Assembly: GCA_964349125.1 (NCBI GenBank)
Contig: CAYGFH010000001.1
Location: 69,408 to 133,407 of the forward strand
Length of the DNA stretch: 64,000 nt
Origin: an uncultured Gammaproteobacteria bacterium
GTDB taxonomy: Bacteria > Patescibacteriota > Microgenomatia > UBA10105 > UBA927
Direction of reading: 5' to 3'
This document shows positions 1-10,039 of this stretch, one piece after another (positions within the stretch are counted from its first letter, which is position 1; each line of letters begins with the position of its first letter). Under the pieces are notes generated by a model that did not search any database, had not been told where the DNA came from, and worked only from the letters and a program-made list of their open reading frames with translations. A program made the position numbers and the translations under genes.

Positions 1-693
1 TAAACCGCGACCGAAGAGCTGTCCACTCCCAACTGCTATCATCGCCTGCAGCGCGTTATAGCCTGCTCCTTTTGGATCCAGTGCCGGGTTTAAGAATGTA
101 TATATACGGTCTTTCTGATACGGAAGCAGGTGTCCCCACAGCACAGGGGCAAGAAGTGTACCAATCGCAACAGCTATAACGATAAGCAGTATTGGTAATC
201 CGCCGGCGACGAGCATAGCTATCCAGCTGGCTGCGTACACGAGACCCGATCCCAAATCCGGCTGTTTAAACACCAGGAGAAACGGGATGGCAAACAGGAT
301 TATGTGCAGCGGAACATATTTTATGTTCCTTGGACTGTACTTGGAGATAAAGTATGCAAATGCTAGCATGAACAGGGGTTTAGCGAGCTCCGAAGGCTGT
401 AACTGCGCTCCGCCGATCACAATCCATCTGGTTGCACCCCGAATGGACGGTCCAATATACGTTAGCACGAGGAGGATAGTACCTACCACATATCCATAAG
501 GAGCAAACCACCAGAGGATTACCGGATCTATGTTCGACAGCACAAGCAGCAACACTAATCCGATACATACGTATAGCAGTTGCTGGCTAAAGACATTTAG
601 CCCGATAGTAGATAATAGGAACAACCCCAATAATCCTAAACACAATAATAGGATCGCCCCTATCCAATCGAAATGCTCAGTGTATTTCCCCAT
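1..693 (-). CDS. SEDS-family peptidoglycan glycosyltransferase (RodA/FtsW-like). N-terminal ~230 aa only; the gene continues past the window start
   Basis: Reverse-strand translation from ATG at 693-691 gives MGKYTEHFDWIGAILLLCLGLL...GGAQLQPSELAKP...LDPKGAGYNALQAMIAVGSGQLFGRGL. These are the QPSE and DPxGxGYN/GxGxGxG motifs typical of RodA/FtsW. This frame is not in the ORF track because it runs off the window edge. The start overlaps the ileS stop by ~33 nt. Confidence 0.75.
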   Translation of the reverse strand, partial: MGKYTEHFDWIGAILLLCLGLLGLFLLSTIGLNVFSQQLLYVCIGLVLLLVLSNIDPVILWWFAPYGYVVGTILLVLTYIGPSIRGATRWIVIGGAQLQPSELAKPLFMLAFAYFISKYSPRNIKYVPLHIILFAIPFLLVFKQPDLGSGLVYAASWIAMLVAGGLPILLIVIAVAIGTLLAPVLWGHLLPYQKDRIYTFLNPALDPKGAGYNALQAMIAVGSGQLFGRGL

Positions 694-3500
694 GTGATAG
701 TCTGTGCAACTGTTTCTGTTGCAATGGTATCTAACAGCTTCTTCGGGAGCGTTTTATACTCCTCGGGTAACTGTACCGTTATACGCTCAGCAATTGTACA
801 ACCTTTTTCTTTCCGGAGAACCTGAATGCTTCGGATAAGTGTACGTGCAGTTGCCATATGCTCGAGTTCTTCATCACTGACGACAACAGGAACTTTCGGA
901 TATGCCTGTTTTTTATCTATGACTACATTAAACACGTTTAATTCCTCAAGAACCACATCCCAACATGCATCCGAGATCTTTGACACGTCTTGTGTTGTGC
1001 TGATCTCAATATGCGCGAGCGGTTTTTTAAGGGCAATGCCATCCGTTTTTCGCTTGGCATGACCATCCGCGACCATTTGTCTGGCTAACTCCATCTCATG
1101 TTCCAGCGCATCATTAACACAGGATGTATCAGCCTGTGGCCAGGACTGCAAATGCACAGAATCGACAGAGTCATACAAATTTTGCCATATGCGTTCTGTG
1201 ATAAACGGAATGATGGGAGCGCTCAGTAAGACCAATTGCGCCACTACCCAACCGTACACATCTTTTGCTATCTGATCTGTTTTCATACGCGCTCGGCTTC
1301 GTCTCACATACCATGTGGACAAATCAGCCACAAATTCTTTTATGAGTCGGCAGGTTAATACCGTGTCATACGCGTCCATACTGTCCGTGATTTGAGCGAT
1401 CAATCTGTTTGTTTTGCTGAGTATCCAAAGATCCAGCACATGTGTTGCCTTTGGCACCGTTTTCGGCGGATTTCCTCCTGCGTATAATTTATAGAATGAA
1501 AATACATTCCACAGGATGGATATGACATTTTGGTATACATCCGCGACCTGTTTCTCGGAGAAATTCAGATTTTCCGCTTTCATGACCACAGATTCCATCA
1601 GATAAAATCTCAGTGCATCCACACCATATTTTTCAAACAGAATAGACGGATCAGGATAATTCTTCTTTGATTTACTCATTTTTGCGCCATCTTCCGCCAA
1701 AATTGTGCCCGTCGTCACCGCATTTTCAAACGTGTGATCGCCAAAAAGTCCCACTGACATGACGTGCAACGTATAGAACCATGCACGAGTCTGGGCTATA
1801 TATTCTGCGATAAACTGCGCTGGATGTGTTGTCTCGAACAGTTCCTTATTTTCAAACGGATAGTGAATCGATGCATATGGCATACTGCCTGATTCGACCC
1901 AACAGTCAAAGACTTCGGGAATACGTTTTCCCTTCACGGTCTTTTTATCGTCCACCCATACTTCAATGTCGTCGATAAACTCACGGTGTATATCGGTAAG
2001 TGCTGCAACCTGCTTGGGATCCACTGCCCATTTCTGCAGTTCATCTATGGAGCCTATGACTCTGATTTGGGAGGATTCATCTCCCGCGTTTCCTGCTCGC
2101 CAAACCGGCATCGGAGTTCCCCAGTAGCGTGAACGGGATATATTCCAGTCAGGTGCTGTTTCCAATCCCTTACCAAACCGTCCATGCTTTAAATGATTCG
2201 GATACCAGTTGATGGACTCGTTGGATTTCACCAGGTCGTTCTTCATTTTCTGCACGTCTATAAACCAGGCAGGAACAGGTGCGTGGTATAACCGCGTCTC
2301 ACATCGATAACACACAGGGACGCTGTGCAGTCGCGGTTCATCATGGAATATCAGGCCACGTTTTTGGAGGTCTTCGTTTACCAGGGGGTTTACCTTGAGC
2401 ATAAACATGCCGGCCCACGGTATCACTTCTTTTTTGAGCATTCCTTCCTGATCTACATGCTCTACCAATTGTACGTGGTGTTTTGTCATGACGCGGAAAT
2501 CGTCTTCACCATACACGGCGAGAGTGACTATACCTGTTCCTTCACTGTCAGACACATACTCATCAGCTACCACAACACCGTTTCTCTCGTGTTCTTTCTT
2601 TTTATAGAAATCATAGTGTAACTCAAATTCCAATGCTTCCAATTCTTTGCCAGTATGGGTGGATACGATTTCATATCTCGTATCCCGCAGCATCTCCAGC
2701 CTCGTTTTGGCGAGTATGTACACATCTGTTCCCGCTTTGGCGCGAACGTACTCAAGTGTCGGATTTACCGCAAGTGCCGGGGTAGCAAGCTTGTTCCAAG
2801 GTGTTGTAGACCATGCCAGCATGTAGGTGGATGGCTCCCCTTTCACTTTATACTTATAGGTGGTACTCGGACCCGTCAGATCTTTATATGAGTTATCCAT
2901 CGCGATTTCGAAATTGGATAACGGGGTGGCACAGCGAGGGCAGTATAAGATAACTCTCTTACCTTCATACACATATCCCCGCTCATTCATCCGTGAAAAC
3001 GCCCACCATACGGATTCCATGTACGTCTTGTCCATGGTTTTATATGATGATTTGAAATCTACCCATCTGCCGATTCGGCGTATGACCTTTTCCCACTCGG
3101 AGTCAAACCGGAGTATCGCACTTCTGCAGGCGGCATTAAATTTATCTATGCCCATTTCCTCTATGCCTTTCTTTCCGCCCTTTAATTCCAATTCCTTCTC
3201 TATCATGTTTTCTATTGGTATTCCATGACAATCCCAACCCCAAACCCGGTCGACGCGATACCCCTTCATGGTCCAGTACCGTGGAACCACATCCTTTACG
3301 GTAGACGCGAGGATATGACCATAATGAGGTAGCCCTGTGGCAAATGGAGGGCCATCATAAAATACGTAGCGATTGGTTTCACTTTTGCTTTCAACCGATT
3401 TTTCAAATGCTTTTGTGTCATCCCAGTATGTGAGGACCGCGTGTTCAGAATCCGGAACGTTTAGTTTTTCCTGAAAGTTATCTATTTTTAAATTTTTCAT
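660..3500 (-). CDS. ileS: Isoleucine--tRNA ligase (IleRS)
   Basis: The 950-aa ORF contains the HYGH motif (PPFATGLPHYGHIL), the KMSKS motif (KMSKSKKN) and the editing-domain signature WNISRSRYWGTPMPVW. The track start at 3512 is a TTG; the in-frame ATG at 3500 (MKNLKID) sits 6 nt after a GGAG and is the likelier start. Confidence 0.95.
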   Translation of the reverse strand: MKNLKIDNFQEKLNVPDSEHAVLTYWDDTKAFEKSVESKSETNRYVFYDGPPFATGLPHYGHILASTVKDVVPRYWTMKGYRVDRVWGWDCHGIPIENMIEKELELKGGKKGIEEMGIDKFNAACRSAILRFDSEWEKVIRRIGRWVDFKSSYKTMDKTYMESVWWAFSRMNERGYVYEGKRVILYCPRCATPLSNFEIAMDNSYKDLTGPSTTYKYKVKGEPSTYMLAWSTTPWNKLATPALAVNPTLEYVRAKAGTDVYILAKTRLEMLRDTRYEIVSTHTGKELEALEFELHYDFYKKKEHERNGVVVADEYVSDSEGTGIVTLAVYGEDDFRVMTKHHVQLVEHVDQEGMLKKEVIPWAGMFMLKVNPLVNEDLQKRGLIFHDEPRLHSVPVCYRCETRLYHAPVPAWFIDVQKMKNDLVKSNESINWYPNHLKHGRFGKGLETAPDWNISRSRYWGTPMPVWRAGNAGDESSQIRVIGSIDELQKWAVDPKQVAALTDIHREFIDDIEVWVDDKKTVKGKRIPEVFDCWVESGSMPYASIHYPFENKELFETTHPAQFIAEYIAQTRAWFYTLHVMSVGLFGDHTFENAVTTGTILAEDGAKMSKSKKNYPDPSILFEKYGVDALRFYLMESVVMKAENLNFSEKQVADVYQNVISILWNVFSFYKLYAGGNPPKTVPKATHVLDLWILSKTNRLIAQITDSMDAYDTVLTCRLIKEFVADLSTWYVRRSRARMKTDQIAKDVYGWVVAQLVLLSAPIIPFITERIWQNLYDSVDSVHLQSWPQADTSCVNDALEHEMELARQMVADGHAKRKTDGIALKKPLAHIEISTTQDVSKISDACWDVVLEELNVFNVVIDKKQAYPKVPVVVSDEELEHMATARTLIRSIQVLRKEKGCTIAERITVQLPEEYKTLPKKLLDTIATETVAQTITWGNTLSISIG

Positions 3501-3512
3501 AATTCTCCACAA

Positions 3513-3800
3513 ACCCCGCGTTGCGGGATTGATCGGCTTCTAAGCTCATAAATAAGAATTTATTCGCTAAGCAGCCATCAAAAAAGCACCCTTTATATTT
3601 TATAAGGCCTCAAACAATTGTTTGGGGGGTACCACCTTAATTTGGACTCATTACTGCTATTACGGGCATACCCGGGATGGTCTAGTCAGGATAGTGTAAT
3701 AATCGCTACCCATTTCTTCATCCGACACGTTCTTTCGAACTTCCTATTGATGGTAGGAACTGCGTCTTGTGTAAGTATACCAAAGGTTAACTGATAAACG
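3513..3800 (-). promoter_or_regulatory. Putative T-box riboswitch leader with intrinsic terminator upstream of ileS
   Basis: On the minus-strand transcript, 5'-AAUUAAGGUGGUACC-3' (plus coordinates 3628-3642) matches the T-box consensus AAUUAGGGUGGUACC at 14 of 15 positions. Its 3' half (GGUACCCCCC) can pair with the downstream GGGUGC, which is followed by UUUUUU (plus 3580-3591). This is the classic T-box terminator arrangement, about 85 nt upstream of the ileS ATG. ileS is a canonical T-box-regulated gene. Stem I and the specifier codon could not be assigned by eye. Confidence 0.55.
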
Positions 3801-3803
3801 CAA

Positions 3804-4811
3804 TTATGCCTCAATGCTTTCGTGATAATTCTGAAATGTCGTACGAGGCATACGAAATGATCCAATTTCTGGATATTGTCCCAGAGCGATAAAATTTACC
3901 ATAAACGGATCACGAAGCTGGAGGGCATACACGGCGGATCCGATAACCCTATTTATTGGGTTTACGAAGTGATTACCTGTATCCTCTACAGAATTAATAT
4001 TAATTGATCCGTTCCACTGTAATCCTCTCGCACGCAGCTGCTCCATAGATTCTCCGAATAGCATCTCGATTTTTCCGGTACTGCTGAACATCCAAGAATC
4101 TGAGGAAACTATTTGCTGTTTCCCAATTCCGCCCAGGGTATGGAATTTCATTTTTCTTAGCGCCCGAAAATCACTTACTATTTTTCTTAGATATGTAACA
4201 CCATCTCTGCTATATCCGTCAATTCCAAGAATATTTTCGTTCGGGGTAATATTACGATTCCAATACTCAACGGAGCTGCGTTTATAAGGAATAGGCTCAG
4301 GAAGACAGTTAACTATCGCTCTGTATATTCTTTTAGCATCTCGCTCTTCTCGTATACGTTCAGCCAGATTTGTATGAATACTATTTGGTTCGCCGGAATA
4401 CGTTAACATCCAGTTGCTCAGCCATTGTGCAGCATGAAATGCAGACGGGTTTTTTTTAGTCGCGACCGAAATTAACTGGTCAGGAATCCGTTGAGACATG
4501 GCATCATCATTCACGAAAGAATCATCGTAAAAAAATGCGCTTACCGCGTAATTCAGACTCAGTGTGATCATCTGTAATCTCTTCTCAATAGTTTTTTCAG
4601 CTACATGATCAGCCCTAGCTGCTTCAATACCGGCATGCATCACAGAAATCATGGCCACAGTACGTTCCCAAGCATCAATATTCCGCTCCTTGCTTCCTGG
4701 AAATATGCGTTCAATTGACATAATACGCGGATCAAAAGATTCCAAATGATTTGGAGTATGAACGGCTAAAGTGTCAGCAGTCGGTTGTGATCGTGTTATC
4801 TGTTCACGCAT
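3804..4811 (-). CDS. Hypothetical protein (335 aa), no recognisable domain
   Basis: Long intact ORF with no internal stops and the same orientation as its neighbours. No motif I can place. Confidence 0.5.
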   Translation of the reverse strand: MREQITRSQPTADTLAVHTPNHLESFDPRIMSIERIFPGSKERNIDAWERTVAMISVMHAGIEAARADHVAEKTIEKRLQMITLSLNYAVSAFFYDDSFVNDDAMSQRIPDQLISVATKKNPSAFHAAQWLSNWMLTYSGEPNSIHTNLAERIREERDAKRIYRAIVNCLPEPIPYKRSSVEYWNRNITPNENILGIDGYSRDGVTYLRKIVSDFRALRKMKFHTLGGIGKQQIVSSDSWMFSSTGKIEMLFGESMEQLRARGLQWNGSININSVEDTGNHFVNPINRVIGSAVYALQLRDPFMVNFIALGQYPEIGSFRMPRTTFQNYHESIEA

Positions 4812-4859
4812 AGAAGGTCGATACGTAATTTATCAATTCGGGAACATTAATCAGAGGGC

Positions 4860-5411
4860 CTATTCTCCTGATTGCAATAATATGTCCCTGTTCAAATCGG
4901 CACCAGTCCCTGTTAACGGTAGCAACACGTTTTGACCATCAGATAATTTTCTACGATGTGGTGTATTAGAATATTTCTGTGCGCGACGAATTTCAGTGGT
5001 GCCAAATGGTATTTCAAGTAGCGGTATTACATCTAGACCTAATGTTGCATGTTCATCTACAGAGGTAACGCGGGCAAGCTCAATTAATATTGGATCGATT
5101 CGCTCACCTGATGATGACAACGCACTCCATATAAGCATACAGGGCTGACCGACAGCGATACCTGATTCTCCGGAGGTGGTTACTCCCATATCTTCCAGCA
5201 ACTGCGATATTTTTTCACCAGCTTCCCGCCTTCGCTTCTGACCAATTGCTCCCCCCACCTTGAGATTTTTCGCATAATCCATCATCAATGGCAACATATG
5301 TTCCTCTATGATAGTGAGTAACTCATATACACGTGCCTGTACTTCCTCTAAGTCTATGGGAGTATCCGAGAATAAATCAGTGACAGCGAGTGCATTAAAC
5401 TTTTGTTCCAT
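4860..5411 (-). CDS. Hypothetical protein (183 aa), likely co-transcribed with 3804-4811
   Basis: Intact ORF 48 nt upstream of the 335-aa ORF on the same strand. No recognisable motif. Confidence 0.5.
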   Translation of the reverse strand: MEQKFNALAVTDLFSDTPIDLEEVQARVYELLTIIEEHMLPLMMDYAKNLKVGGAIGQKRRREAGEKISQLLEDMGVTTSGESGIAVGQPCMLIWSALSSSGERIDPILIELARVTSVDEHATLGLDVIPLLEIPFGTTEIRRAQKYSNTPHRRKLSDGQNVLLPLTGTGADLNRDILLQSGE

Positions 5412-5481
5412 CTTTCAGCGTGTATATTTTCACAGATCAATACTATTTTTTCCGCACCCACTAAAATGATATTACAGTCGG

Positions 5482-6078
5482 TTACTGAATGTCGTAACAA
5501 CGGGTCATTGTATGAAATGTTCCGTTTTCAACGGTATTCATCACTGTTGTATCCCAACCGTTTATGGTTACCGTGACATCAGACGGCTCAGTGAATCGCG
5601 GAGTACTTTTTATAGTAACCCAGTTTTTCAGAAAACCACTGGAGCTATAAAGTCCCCCACCAAGCGGAAGGTCTCCAGAATTACACCCATGGGCTATCGT
5701 GGATGGAACATTGACAGTCGCAGTAAACGGTCCATCAACTTTTGTATATATATTTGCAGACATAAATGAGCCTGTATCACCTTTCGGTCCCTGTATGCCT
5801 TGGAGTCCTTGTGGACCTTGTTCACCTGGCAAACCCTGAGGACCTTGCGGGCCCATTGGGCCAACCGGACCCTGCTCACCGCTTATAATTACGGCGCGTG
5901 AGTTTGTGGGACATCGTCTCAGGATACTAAATCCTGATCCGACACTTTTAATATCACCATTTTTGAATTCACAGAATTTACTTAATGTGGGGAGATCCGC
6001 AGCATAGACAAGTCCTGCGGCAGAGAGAAGGATAATTGATCCGACTATGGCTGCGACCATTGAAGTTGATTTTTTCAT
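5482..6078 (-). CDS. Secreted collagen-like (Gly-X-Y repeat) protein
   Basis: N-terminal signal/TM segment ([26 protein letters not shown]), then twelve uninterrupted GXY triplets ([37 protein letters not shown]), then a ~95-aa C-terminal globular region. Confidence 0.75.
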   Translation of the reverse strand: MKKSTSMVAAIVGSIILLSAAGLVYAADLPTLSKFCEFKNGDIKSVGSGFSILRRCPTNSRAVIISGEQGPVGPMGPQGPQGLPGEQGPQGLQGIQGPKGDTGSFMSANIYTKVDGPFTATVNVPSTIAHGCNSGDLPLGGGLYSSSGFLKNWVTIKSTPRFTEPSDVTVTINGWDTTVMNTVENGTFHTMTRCYDIQ

Positions 6079-6175
6079 ATTTTTCCCTTTCTTACGCTAC
6101 GCGTAACGAATTACGGTACTATACTCTATTATTATAGGCTTGTCAAGTTGATTGGCTATTCTTTTCTGAGGTCTG

Positions 6176-6565
6176 CTACTCACTCTCGGGAAGGACTGTT
6201 AACCGGGGATCATTGGAGAATCTGTTGTCCAATAGATTTATAAACATGGTTCGTCGTTCCTGTACTGTCAGAGGAATTATGCTTTCGGCTGCGGCCATAC
6301 TAGTGGTCATATCAACGATTACCCGTTCAACTTCAACACCCTCCAATCGCGATGATCCTCCAAGGAGCTCTTCCGTAGCATGCCATAAACAATCTTCCAC
6401 AACCCCTCCGGACAACCGTATCGCAATACTATCACCCGTTTCTACCTTCCCTCTCAGAACTCTGAAAAATCCCGCCGCATTATCGACAAGAGTTGCCCCT
6501 TCTTCTTTTTTCTTTTTTTGACAACTCCCACATGCCGGGAGCATCATCTTGTATGAAAAACTCAA
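6176..6565 (-). CDS. Hypothetical protein (129 aa) with N-terminal CxxC (ACGSCQ) and a KKKKEE stretch
   Basis: Intact ORF with no recognisable family. The start is uncertain because the 5' end contains long A/T homopolymers. Confidence 0.45.
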   Translation of the reverse strand: MSFSYKMMLPACGSCQKKKKEEGATLVDNAAGFFRVLRGKVETGDSIAIRLSGGVVEDCLWHATEELLGGSSRLEGVEVERVIVDMTTSMAAAESIIPLTVQERRTMFINLLDNRFSNDPRLTVLPESE

Positions 6566-6818
6566 ATTCTTTTGCCATAGATAAATCAGTATATATACTA
6601 TAGGTTTTATCTTAATTTTTCAAGTGTTGAAGGATGGAAGTACTAGGATACCAAATCTATCGTTTCTACCATCGAGATACTGGATTTTATATGCCGATTC
6701 AAAATCGCTTATAAGTTATACCAAAAGCTATCTGTATTTAACGAGGTAAGGACGAAATACGTACGAAGTTTAAAAGGGTGAAATGATCAACTTTGCGCAA
6801 ATACGTATGTATTAGGTA

Positions 6819-7510
6819 TTACTTTGTGCTCTTTATGACCACATGTGGTGCAATTCTTGTTTCTGCTATTGATTTGTCCCCTAACATTTTTGGATAAGTC
6901 ATGTCTGTTACTGTAAAGCCAACTTTTTCTAAAATCTTTTTATAATCTTCCTCAGTCCAATAATAATCTTCTATGACAAAGTGCTTTTCTCCTTTTATCA
7001 CGATTGGAATTTTTTGACCGCTTACTAGGGGTTCTTGTTTCTCGTATTCGAAACTGATGAATTTTTCGCCAATAGCTTGAGAGTTATTTGTTATTATCAC
7101 AAACGGAGTACTTGGTTTTAATACACGGTATACTTCACTCATAATTTGTTCCATTTCCTCAAATGAACTTACTTCAACCATGACATGGGCACATAATGCT
7201 CCATCAAAAGATTTTTCTGGAAATGGAATTTTATTTTTGATCAGCACAAAATCTGCATGTCTAATATCAGCTTTTTTTGCTTGATCAATCATGGTTTGAT
7301 TGTGATCGACGCCAATTACTTCAGACGCCCCAAATGAGAGCAATAATTGTGCGGTTCTTCCTGCACCGGAACCATAGTCCAGTACTTTTGTATTTGCTAA
7401 ATCACCAAATACTTTTTGGCTTCTTTAAATCCTGGTTCGTATGTCGTTCCAGTTATACCTAGCTTGCTATATACTTGTGCGTTATCTTCGGAGTATGTAT
7501 ACATATACAA
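6819..7510 (-). pseudogene. Class I SAM-dependent methyltransferase, disrupted by a 1-nt frameshift
   Basis: Downstream frame (6819-7343) encodes an MTase core lacking motif I. The 5' frame from ATG 7510 reads MYTYSEDNAQVYSKLGITGTTYEPGFKEAKKYLVI and then hits a stop. The adjacent frame continues DLANTKVLDYGSGAGRTAQ, which is motif I (VLDxGxGxG). Restoring one T in the TTT run at plus ~7407-7409 (AAAAAGTATTTGG to ..TATTTTGG) gives a continuous ~230-aa methyltransferase. Confidence 0.6.
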
Positions 7511-7589
7511 GCATTATATCAAAGCTCTAAGTTGATCGGTAGAAATTCATACATGGAATAAATTTGTAGTCTGACCTCTCAAACTGTGT

Positions 7590-8600
7590 CTATTCCTGAT
7601 TGTGCTCTGTACGGTTTTTTTGTGGAGATAGTTCATTCGCAATGCTATCTTCAGAGTTGCTGTGCCGGGAAGCAACAGAATCCTCAGATTTAATCAGTTC
7701 AGCCATCTTCGCGTACATTTCCCGCTGTCTTCGGTAGAACATTCCTAATTTCGAATGTGGCCCAGCACCCGTTATCCATGCATCATATTTTTCCACCTCT
7801 GATTGGTAATCAAATTCAAAAATCTCATGATAGAACACTTTTGCCGTTATAGACATTTTGGCTTCTTTAACCAACTCATCGATAACCAAATTAAAGTCTC
7901 TGAAATGTACTAAATATCGGGGAATATCATTACCGTGAAATTGTGTTAGACAATGTCCATATAGGATATCTTTTATTTCTTTCAATCGGACTGAAGGAAG
8001 ATGAAGAATGTCATCATTATAGTTACCTAGTCGCAACATCTCTTCAACATCCAATTCCTGAGGTTTCTTATCTTCGGGCGATCTATAGAAACTCCAAAGC
8101 GTAATATCATGTCCATCTAGATCAAAGGTTGGCATTCCCTTGGGATATTGTTCATAATATGAATCCCAACTATCCAGAAAACTGTAACTAAATGAACCCA
8201 TCATGTCAGCAAGAATAAAACGGGCGATTACATTCGGATCATGAATATTCTTTAAAAATTCTTCTGGAGACATCGAGAAATTCTCTAGTTTTTCATGTAA
8301 AAGCACGGTAAACAATTCACTTGCAGTTTTGAACCGACCCGGGTTCTCAGTCTGAGTAAGCAGCGGTGAAAAAACCTCGTCAACATCCGCCTCAATCTCA
8401 TCAATGCCCGCCTTTTTCCAAAGGCCAATTAGTTGGGATTTTAAATGCAAAAGTTCATCTTCGGTCGGAACTTGATTTAATCTCTGATTCCATGCTAATT
8501 CGTTGAACGAGTTATAAAACGTAATTGCATCACGCGCCATGTCAGGGACACCGCTTGCTTCCAAACGTTCATAGTGAGTTTGTTTGAGTGATTCTGTCAT
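7590..8600 (-). CDS. Hypothetical acidic protein (336 aa)
   Basis: Intact ORF with no recognisable domain. Expressed divergently from 8917-10005. Confidence 0.55.
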   Translation of the reverse strand: MTESLKQTHYERLEASGVPDMARDAITFYNSFNELAWNQRLNQVPTEDELLHLKSQLIGLWKKAGIDEIEADVDEVFSPLLTQTENPGRFKTASELFTVLLHEKLENFSMSPEEFLKNIHDPNVIARFILADMMGSFSYSFLDSWDSYYEQYPKGMPTFDLDGHDITLWSFYRSPEDKKPQELDVEEMLRLGNYNDDILHLPSVRLKEIKDILYGHCLTQFHGNDIPRYLVHFRDFNLVIDELVKEAKMSITAKVFYHEIFEFDYQSEVEKYDAWITGAGPHSKLGMFYRRQREMYAKMAELIKSEDSVASRHSNSEDSIANELSPQKNRTEHNQE

Positions 8601-8916
8601 AGGATTCCGAGGTTTGGTGCCCGGATATTGTATATTACTATCCTATAATAGTCAAACTGAGGCTAAAAACTTTACCGTTTCTGCCGTAGAAATGCGGGCT
8701 TGCCTCGCTCGCCTCGCTGTAGTTCCGGCGAAGCGGGCCGAACTTCGCCTTATCTCTTTTGCCTCAAAATTCGGGGATTTATAGGACAACCTAAACATCA
8801 ATTTCCCAATGCATATTCAGATCTTATCGATGAATTTACCGGAAATATCTCATTAAAACAATAATTGAGTCGTATTGTGACTTGTACTGAATATTTTTTC
8901 GGCATACACTTATACT

Positions 8917-10005
8917 ATGTCGATGAAACGTACTTATTTTCAGCAATCACAAGATAGTACACTTATTAGAAAGCAACAAGCTAAGGTATCTCCTTTACTA
9001 ATAACAATGTCCGCAATTGTCATTTTTCTAGCCGTTGTCTTATTTTATCAATACTCTTTAAATCTAACTCTTCAAAATCAAATCAGTGATTTATCTTTAC
9101 AAATAACCAAACTTAAAACGACTCCGATCCCGACTCAAAAAAGCAAGTATGACACATCCATTAACTCTCCTGAAAAAACAATATTCATGGATAATAGATT
9201 TCCGTTCACATTCGAATATCCAGGCTCATGGGAAAAGAAGGAGGAAGAAATCGTTTGGTTTGCTCCCAAAATTACCGTAATTAACCTAGGACTTATGACG
9301 GTGGGGGAAAATTTCGCTTTACCGCCAAACAGTAGTGCTATGCCGTATAAGCTAATACGCCAACAGAATTTGACCATATCCGGAGTTAGTGCAAAAAAAA
9401 CCATCTTTAATCCCATCCATCCAGGCGACAATACAACTATTTTCATGGAATTTAATAAAGACAACAGGCAATTCGGAATAAAATATAATACTAGTGCAGA
9501 AAAATTAGCCGCTGATGAAACCATCATAGATCAAATTCTCTCCTCATTAATTTTCATGGATCCAATAAGTGATTCTTCTGGTGAAATGCGACATTATATA
9601 AATCACAACATCGGGTTTACCTTAGATTATCCTGAATTCCTCGTTCGTCGGGAAATTGATCATCCGTACGGTAAGACGGATAAAATGGAAAAACTCATAC
9701 TTTTCTGTGAATCCGGATTCGAAACTAGCAGAGAACAAGGCTCACCGCACTGTATCAATGGTGGCGGTTTCAGGGTATGGTACAACCCGGATGCAGGCTG
9801 GTATTCACCATGTCCTGATAATAGTGGGTATGTAAATTTTCTCGGCAAGGACCGTGAGGCATGCTCATATCCTAGTGGAGTGAGTTTATATATTGGACTG
9901 CCAGATATAAAACAAAATCAATTCATGATAGATGCGACTTATTCTGACAAATTTAAAAAGGAATTATCCGATTTCGTACTGAAATCGTTTAAATTTACGA
10001 GATAA
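8917..10005 (+). CDS. Hypothetical membrane-anchored protein (362 aa) with a single N-terminal TM helix
   Basis: ATG start. Hydrophobic segment LLITMSAIVIFLAVVLFY after a basic N-terminus, then a large Asn/Ser-rich extracytoplasmic domain. One of only two plus-strand genes in the window. Confidence 0.6.
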   Translation: MSMKRTYFQQSQDSTLIRKQQAKVSPLLITMSAIVIFLAVVLFYQYSLNLTLQNQISDLSLQITKLKTTPIPTQKSKYDTSINSPEKTIFMDNRFPFTFEYPGSWEKKEEEIVWFAPKITVINLGLMTVGENFALPPNSSAMPYKLIRQQNLTISGVSAKKTIFNPIHPGDNTTIFMEFNKDNRQFGIKYNTSAEKLAADETIIDQILSSLIFMDPISDSSGEMRHYINHNIGFTLDYPEFLVRREIDHPYGKTDKMEKLILFCESGFETSREQGSPHCINGGGFRVWYNPDAGWYSPCPDNSGYVNFLGKDREACSYPSGVSLYIGLPDIKQNQFMIDATYSDKFKKELSDFVLKSFKFTR

Positions 10006-10039
10006 ATTGGATTAATTTGTGGAGACTAATGATAATCCC

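Noticed and set aside
3655-3750. tRNA-like fragments (GGTCTAGTCAGGATAG, TTCGAAC) upstream of ileS
   Set aside because: No acceptor stem, no proper D/T arms and no cloverleaf could be built. The region is better explained as part of the T-box leader.
3804-5411. Idea that the 183-aa and 335-aa ORFs are one gene split by a frameshift
   Set aside because: They are separated by an in-frame stop plus a 48-nt spacer, with a plausible ATG for the second ORF and no continuity of sequence features. Treated as two genes.
8584-8784. 66-aa plus-strand ORF over the GC-rich element
   Set aside because: The Ala/Arg/Leu-rich translation is driven by GC-rich repeats. There is no RBS or homology, so it is more likely non-coding structure.
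9700-9730. T-loop-like GTTTCGAATCCGG on the minus strand
   Set aside because: It lies inside the 8917-10005 coding frame and the flanks are not complementary, so no T-stem forms.
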